A stretch of 64,000 bases of DNA, taken from contig CAWEJX010000008.1 of assembly GCA_963809485.1 (NCBI GenBank), positions 384,001-448,000 of the forward strand. Direction: 5' to 3'. The notes under the pieces were generated by a model. That model saw nothing but the letters and a program-made list of their open reading frames with translations, did not search any database and was not told the origin of the DNA. Positions 60,694 through 64,000 of the stretch are shown piece by piece. A program made the translations under genes and the position numbers. Position 1 is the stretch's first letter, and each line of letters starts with the position of its first letter. Source of the stretch: an uncultured Acidobacteriota bacterium. GTDB taxonomy: Bacteria > Acidobacteriota > UBA6911.

Positions 60694-62337
60694 TTAGTGC
60701 GCCTTCGACAACTCTTCGATCTGCTTCTGCATCTTCGACAGGTTGAATGACCCTGCCGTCGCGCTGGGCGGATAATCGATCATGGTCTTGAGGAACTTGC
60801 CGGCCATCTCGGTGAGCGGCACAATGACGAACGGACGGTCGAGGAACCAGTCGTTGTAGGTATTCGAGTTGTGCTGGGACTTCTCGAACGGATCGCGACG
60901 CAGGTTGAAGAGCAGCGGGATGCGCAGCTCAACAAACGGCTCGCGCCAGACACCGAAGGCTTCACCCCGGTTTTCCAGCCACACGAGCTTCCAGTCCTGA
61001 TAACGCGCCGCGACGAGTTCGCCGTCGTCGTTCACATACCAGAACTCATTGCGGGGCGACTCCTTCACCTTGCCGCTGAGGTAGTCGAGCTGGTTGTAGC
61101 CGTCGATGTAGTTGCGATAATGGCGGCCGTTGATGTCGGCGCCCTTGAGGAGTTGCTCCTTGATGTCAGGATTCCCGGCCGCTGCGGCAAACGTCGGAAG
61201 CCAGTCCTCGTGCGAAACGATTCCGTTCAAGGTCGTTCCGGCGGGGAAATGCCCGGGCCAGCGGACGAAGCAAGGCACGCGGTACGCGCCTTCCCAGTTC
61301 GAGTTTTTCTCGCCGCGGAACGGCGTGGTGCCGGCATCCGGCCAGGTGTTGTAGTGCGGACCGTTGTCCGTGGAATACTGGACGATGGTGTCGTTGGCGA
61401 GGCCGAGGTCATCGATGAGCTTGAGCAATTCACCCACGTGCATGTCGTGTTCGACCATGCCGTCGCTGTATTCATCCTGTCCGGAAATGCCGCGATGTTC
61501 CGCCTTCACGTGCGTGCGGAAGTGCATGCGGGTGCCGTTCCACCAGACAAAGAACGGCGTGCCAGCCTTGACCGAGCGTTGGATGAAGTCCTTGGCCGCA
61601 GCGATGGCTTCGTCGTCAACCGTCTCCATGCGCTTCTTGGTGAGCGGGCCGGTGTTCTCGATTTTCTGTCCGCCCTTGCCATCCGCCCAGGTATGGAGCA
61701 CGCCGCGGGGACCATACTTCTTGCGGAACTCCGGGTTCTTGGGGTAATCCAAATTCTCCGGCTCTTCTTCGGAGTTGAGATGGTAGAGGCTGCCGAGGAA
61801 CTCGTCGAAGCCGTGCATGGTGGGCAGATGCTCGTCCAGGTCGCCCTGATGGTTCTTGCCGAACTGGCCGGTGGCATAGCCCTGGCTCTTAAGGACCGTG
61901 GCCATTGTCACGTCCACTTTTTTCCAGCCTTCCTTCGCGCCCGGGAGACCGACTTTGGTCATGCCGTTGCGGACGGGGACTGAGCCACTGATGAAGGCGG
62001 AGCGCCCGGCCGTGCAGCTCTGCTGCGCGTAGTAGTCGGTGAAGGCCACGCCTTCCTTGGCGATGCGATCAATGTTCGGCGTCTTGTAGCCCATCATGCC
62101 ACGGCTGTTGTGGCTGATGTTCCAAGTGCCGATGTCGTCGCCCCAGATGACGAGGATATTGGGTTTCTTGCTTTGCCCCGCTCTAGCTGCTGTGGAGGCT
62201 TGGTTCGCTGCCTGTGCGCACAACGGCATAGCCGCAAGCGCGATTCCGCCTGCGATGCCCAGCGTTGTCAGGAACCGCTTCGTGCCGCTGCCTTCCCCGA
62301 GGATGCTCCTCATGGGGAGTTCATTTGCTGCTCTCAT
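60694..62337 (-). CDS. Arylsulfatase (Cys-type, formylglycine-dependent)
   Basis: KPNILVIWGDD, CTAGR, GKNH.G, TDNG, NLRRDPFE; AGGAGG RBS. Confidence 0.93.
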   Translation of the reverse strand: MRAANELPMRSILGEGSGTKRFLTTLGIAGGIALAAMPLCAQAANQASTAARAGQSKKPNILVIWGDDIGTWNISHNSRGMMGYKTPNIDRIAKEGVAFTDYYAQQSCTAGRSAFISGSVPVRNGMTKVGLPGAKEGWKKVDVTMATVLKSQGYATGQFGKNHQGDLDEHLPTMHGFDEFLGSLYHLNSEEEPENLDYPKNPEFRKKYGPRGVLHTWADGKGGQKIENTGPLTKKRMETVDDEAIAAAKDFIQRSVKAGTPFFVWWNGTRMHFRTHVKAEHRGISGQDEYSDGMVEHDMHVGELLKLIDDLGLANDTIVQYSTDNGPHYNTWPDAGTTPFRGEKNSNWEGAYRVPCFVRWPGHFPAGTTLNGIVSHEDWLPTFAAAAGNPDIKEQLLKGADINGRHYRNYIDGYNQLDYLSGKVKESPRNEFWYVNDDGELVAARYQDWKLVWLENRGEAFGVWREPFVELRIPLLFNLRRDPFEKSQHNSNTYNDWFLDRPFVIVPLTEMAGKFLKTMIDYPPSATAGSFNLSKMQKQIEELSKAH

Positions 62338-62435
62338 TATCTTCCTCCTGCGTGTTGGGTTGACTGCTTTCCGTTCTCGTTGTCGCTTTTCTTTGCTTCT
62401 GTGATATTCCGTTGATGTCCTTTACCGCGGAATTT

Positions 62436-63710
62436 TTAGACGCCCACCGCTCTCTCTTTCTGCACGCGGCGCAGAATCTCCGGCATGTCCTTCTGGATAT
62501 GGGCATAAAACCTTTTCAAGCCCGGGCACAGATAGTTCAACCCCGCCTCCCCATCCGGCGTGCGCACCAGCCGGTTCTTCGGGCATTCTCCCCAGCAGAG
62601 CTTAAGATGCTCACACTGGCGGCAATGCTGCGGCAGCGCGTTGCGCTTGGCAAAGCCGAATTGTTTCTGCAGCTCGGAGTAGGCCATCGTTCCCCAATGC
62701 GTCTTGGAGATGTTTCCGACCCTATACTCGGGATAGACGTAGTGGTCGCACGCAAACACGTCGCCGTTGTGTTCGATCACCATGCCTTTGCCGCAGAATT
62801 CACCAGTAATGCACCGCTGCGACGGTTCGCCCAACGATTGTGCGACCGCGGTCTCGAAGAGATCCACGTGCACCTTGCCGAAATGGCCCCGCCGGTACCA
62901 GTCGTCCCAGACCTTGCACAGGAACGCGCCCCAGTCATCCGGGTCCACCGACCAGTCGGTCACGACTGAGTCCGGCGCTCCCGGCCTGGCCTGCGGCGTG
63001 CCGACGACCGGCATGCTTGCCGCGTCCCACCGCTGCGGCGCTACATCGCGAAAGACTTTCGGTTCGACGCACGAGATCAGCTGCACCCGGTGTACGCCCA
63101 ACTCGCGAATCAGGAACCGGTACACGTCGAGCGGATATTTGGCATTCTCGCGGTTGACCACGCACAGCGCGTTGAACGGCACGCCGTGCTTGTGCAGCAG
63201 ACGGGCCGCAGCCATGACTTTGTCATGGGTCGGCTCGCCGCCCTTGGTGACCCGGTAATGGTCATGCAACCGCTTCGGGCCGTCGCAGCTCAGGCCTACG
63301 AGGAAATTGTGCTGCTTGAGGAAGGCTGCCCACTCGGCATTGACCAGAACGCCGTTGGTCTGCAGATCATTCTCAACACGCTGGTGAGGCTTCTTGTAGC
63401 GGGCCTCCAGCTTCACGACTTTGCTGAAGAAGTCAAGGCCAAGCAGTGTCGGCTCGCCACCCTGCCAGGAGAACACCACCTCGTCACCCGTCTGTGCCTC
63501 GATGTATTGGCGGATGTGGCGCTCCAGCATTTCATCCGACATCCGCGGCGCACCCGGCTGATCGAGCAGCCGCTCCTTGTGGAGGTAATAGCAGTACGTG
63601 CAGTTGAGGTTGCACAGTGAGCCAACAGGCTTGACCATCGCGTGAAAACGATGCTTCATGCCGGCTGGCTGCGGCAGAAGGGTCACTTTGGGCTCAGCGA
63701 GGTTGTTCAT
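62436..63710 (-). CDS. Anaerobic sulfatase maturase (radical SAM/SPASM)
   Basis: KPVGSLCNLNCTYC, WQGGEPT, QTNG, CDHYV, CWGECPK. Confidence 0.93.
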   Translation of the reverse strand: MNNLAEPKVTLLPQPAGMKHRFHAMVKPVGSLCNLNCTYCYYLHKERLLDQPGAPRMSDEMLERHIRQYIEAQTGDEVVFSWQGGEPTLLGLDFFSKVVKLEARYKKPHQRVENDLQTNGVLVNAEWAAFLKQHNFLVGLSCDGPKRLHDHYRVTKGGEPTHDKVMAAARLLHKHGVPFNALCVVNRENAKYPLDVYRFLIRELGVHRVQLISCVEPKVFRDVAPQRWDAASMPVVGTPQARPGAPDSVVTDWSVDPDDWGAFLCKVWDDWYRRGHFGKVHVDLFETAVAQSLGEPSQRCITGEFCGKGMVIEHNGDVFACDHYVYPEYRVGNISKTHWGTMAYSELQKQFGFAKRNALPQHCRQCEHLKLCWGECPKNRLVRTPDGEAGLNYLCPGLKRFYAHIQKDMPEILRRVQKERAVGV

Positions 63711-64000
63711 GGCTGCAGCCTTATGAAATAAACATCAAATGTCTGTTTTATGGCTGCCTGGAAGTAGATGCCCGCGAGGCTGTCATTCGCCGGGTCGTAG
63801 GTCAGGTTATAGGTCGAACCGGGGTAGTTCACGTCGCGCAGTTCGATGAAGACACTGACCGTCCCGCCACCCTGCCAGGCCTCTGCTTTCGCCACATTGA
63901 TGGGCCGGGGGTTGAAATAGGCCGCGTTCATCCTACCGTCAGGCTCAACACTTCGGATCTCGATGATGTACCCGCCGTCAGGTCTCTGCCATCGGCCTGT
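63707..64000 (-). CDS. Hypothetical protein, 5'-partial at window edge
   Basis: Open frame to edge: GRWQRPDGGYIIEI..AAYFNPRPINV..LRDVNYPGSTY; 4-bp overlap with anSME. Confidence 0.75.
   Translation of the reverse strand, partial: TGRWQRPDGGYIIEIRSVEPDGRMNAAYFNPRPINVAKAEAWQGGGTVSVFIELRDVNYPGSTYNLTYDPANDSLAGIYFQAAIKQTFDVYFIRLQP

Noticed and set aside
1-64000. CRISPR array, cas genes, rRNA, prophage, intact transposase or integrase
   Set aside because: No regularly spaced repeat-spacer array and no recognisable proteins of these types

Overview
GC-rich bacterial accessory region, most consistent with an Acidobacteriota genome (inferred from two Oar-like TonB-dependent receptors and Acidobacterial VWA proteins). 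The left ~46 kb is dense in Tat-exported redox enzymes, MFS transporters and TonB receptors. At its centre is a divergent IclR-linked operon pair (SDR, cyclase, 3-hydroxyacyl-CoA-DH-like, BKACE, CoA-transferase) with the same family set as the anaerobic phloroglucinol pathway. A flavone-reductase-like flavoprotein and a PhlG/phloretin-hydrolase-like enzyme lie nearby, so the best-supported candidate novel system is a polyphenol/flavonoid utilisation locus. From ~46.5 to 51.4 kb is a mobile-element and toxin-antitoxin hotspot around a displaced tRNA-Gly(CCC) 3' half (att site) with arm-type repeats. To its right begins a probable genomic island with an arylsulfatase/anSME module and decaying duplicates. 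Four otherwise intact genes carry single-base homopolymer frameshifts, probably long-read errors. All functional calls come from motif recognition only; no searches were run.
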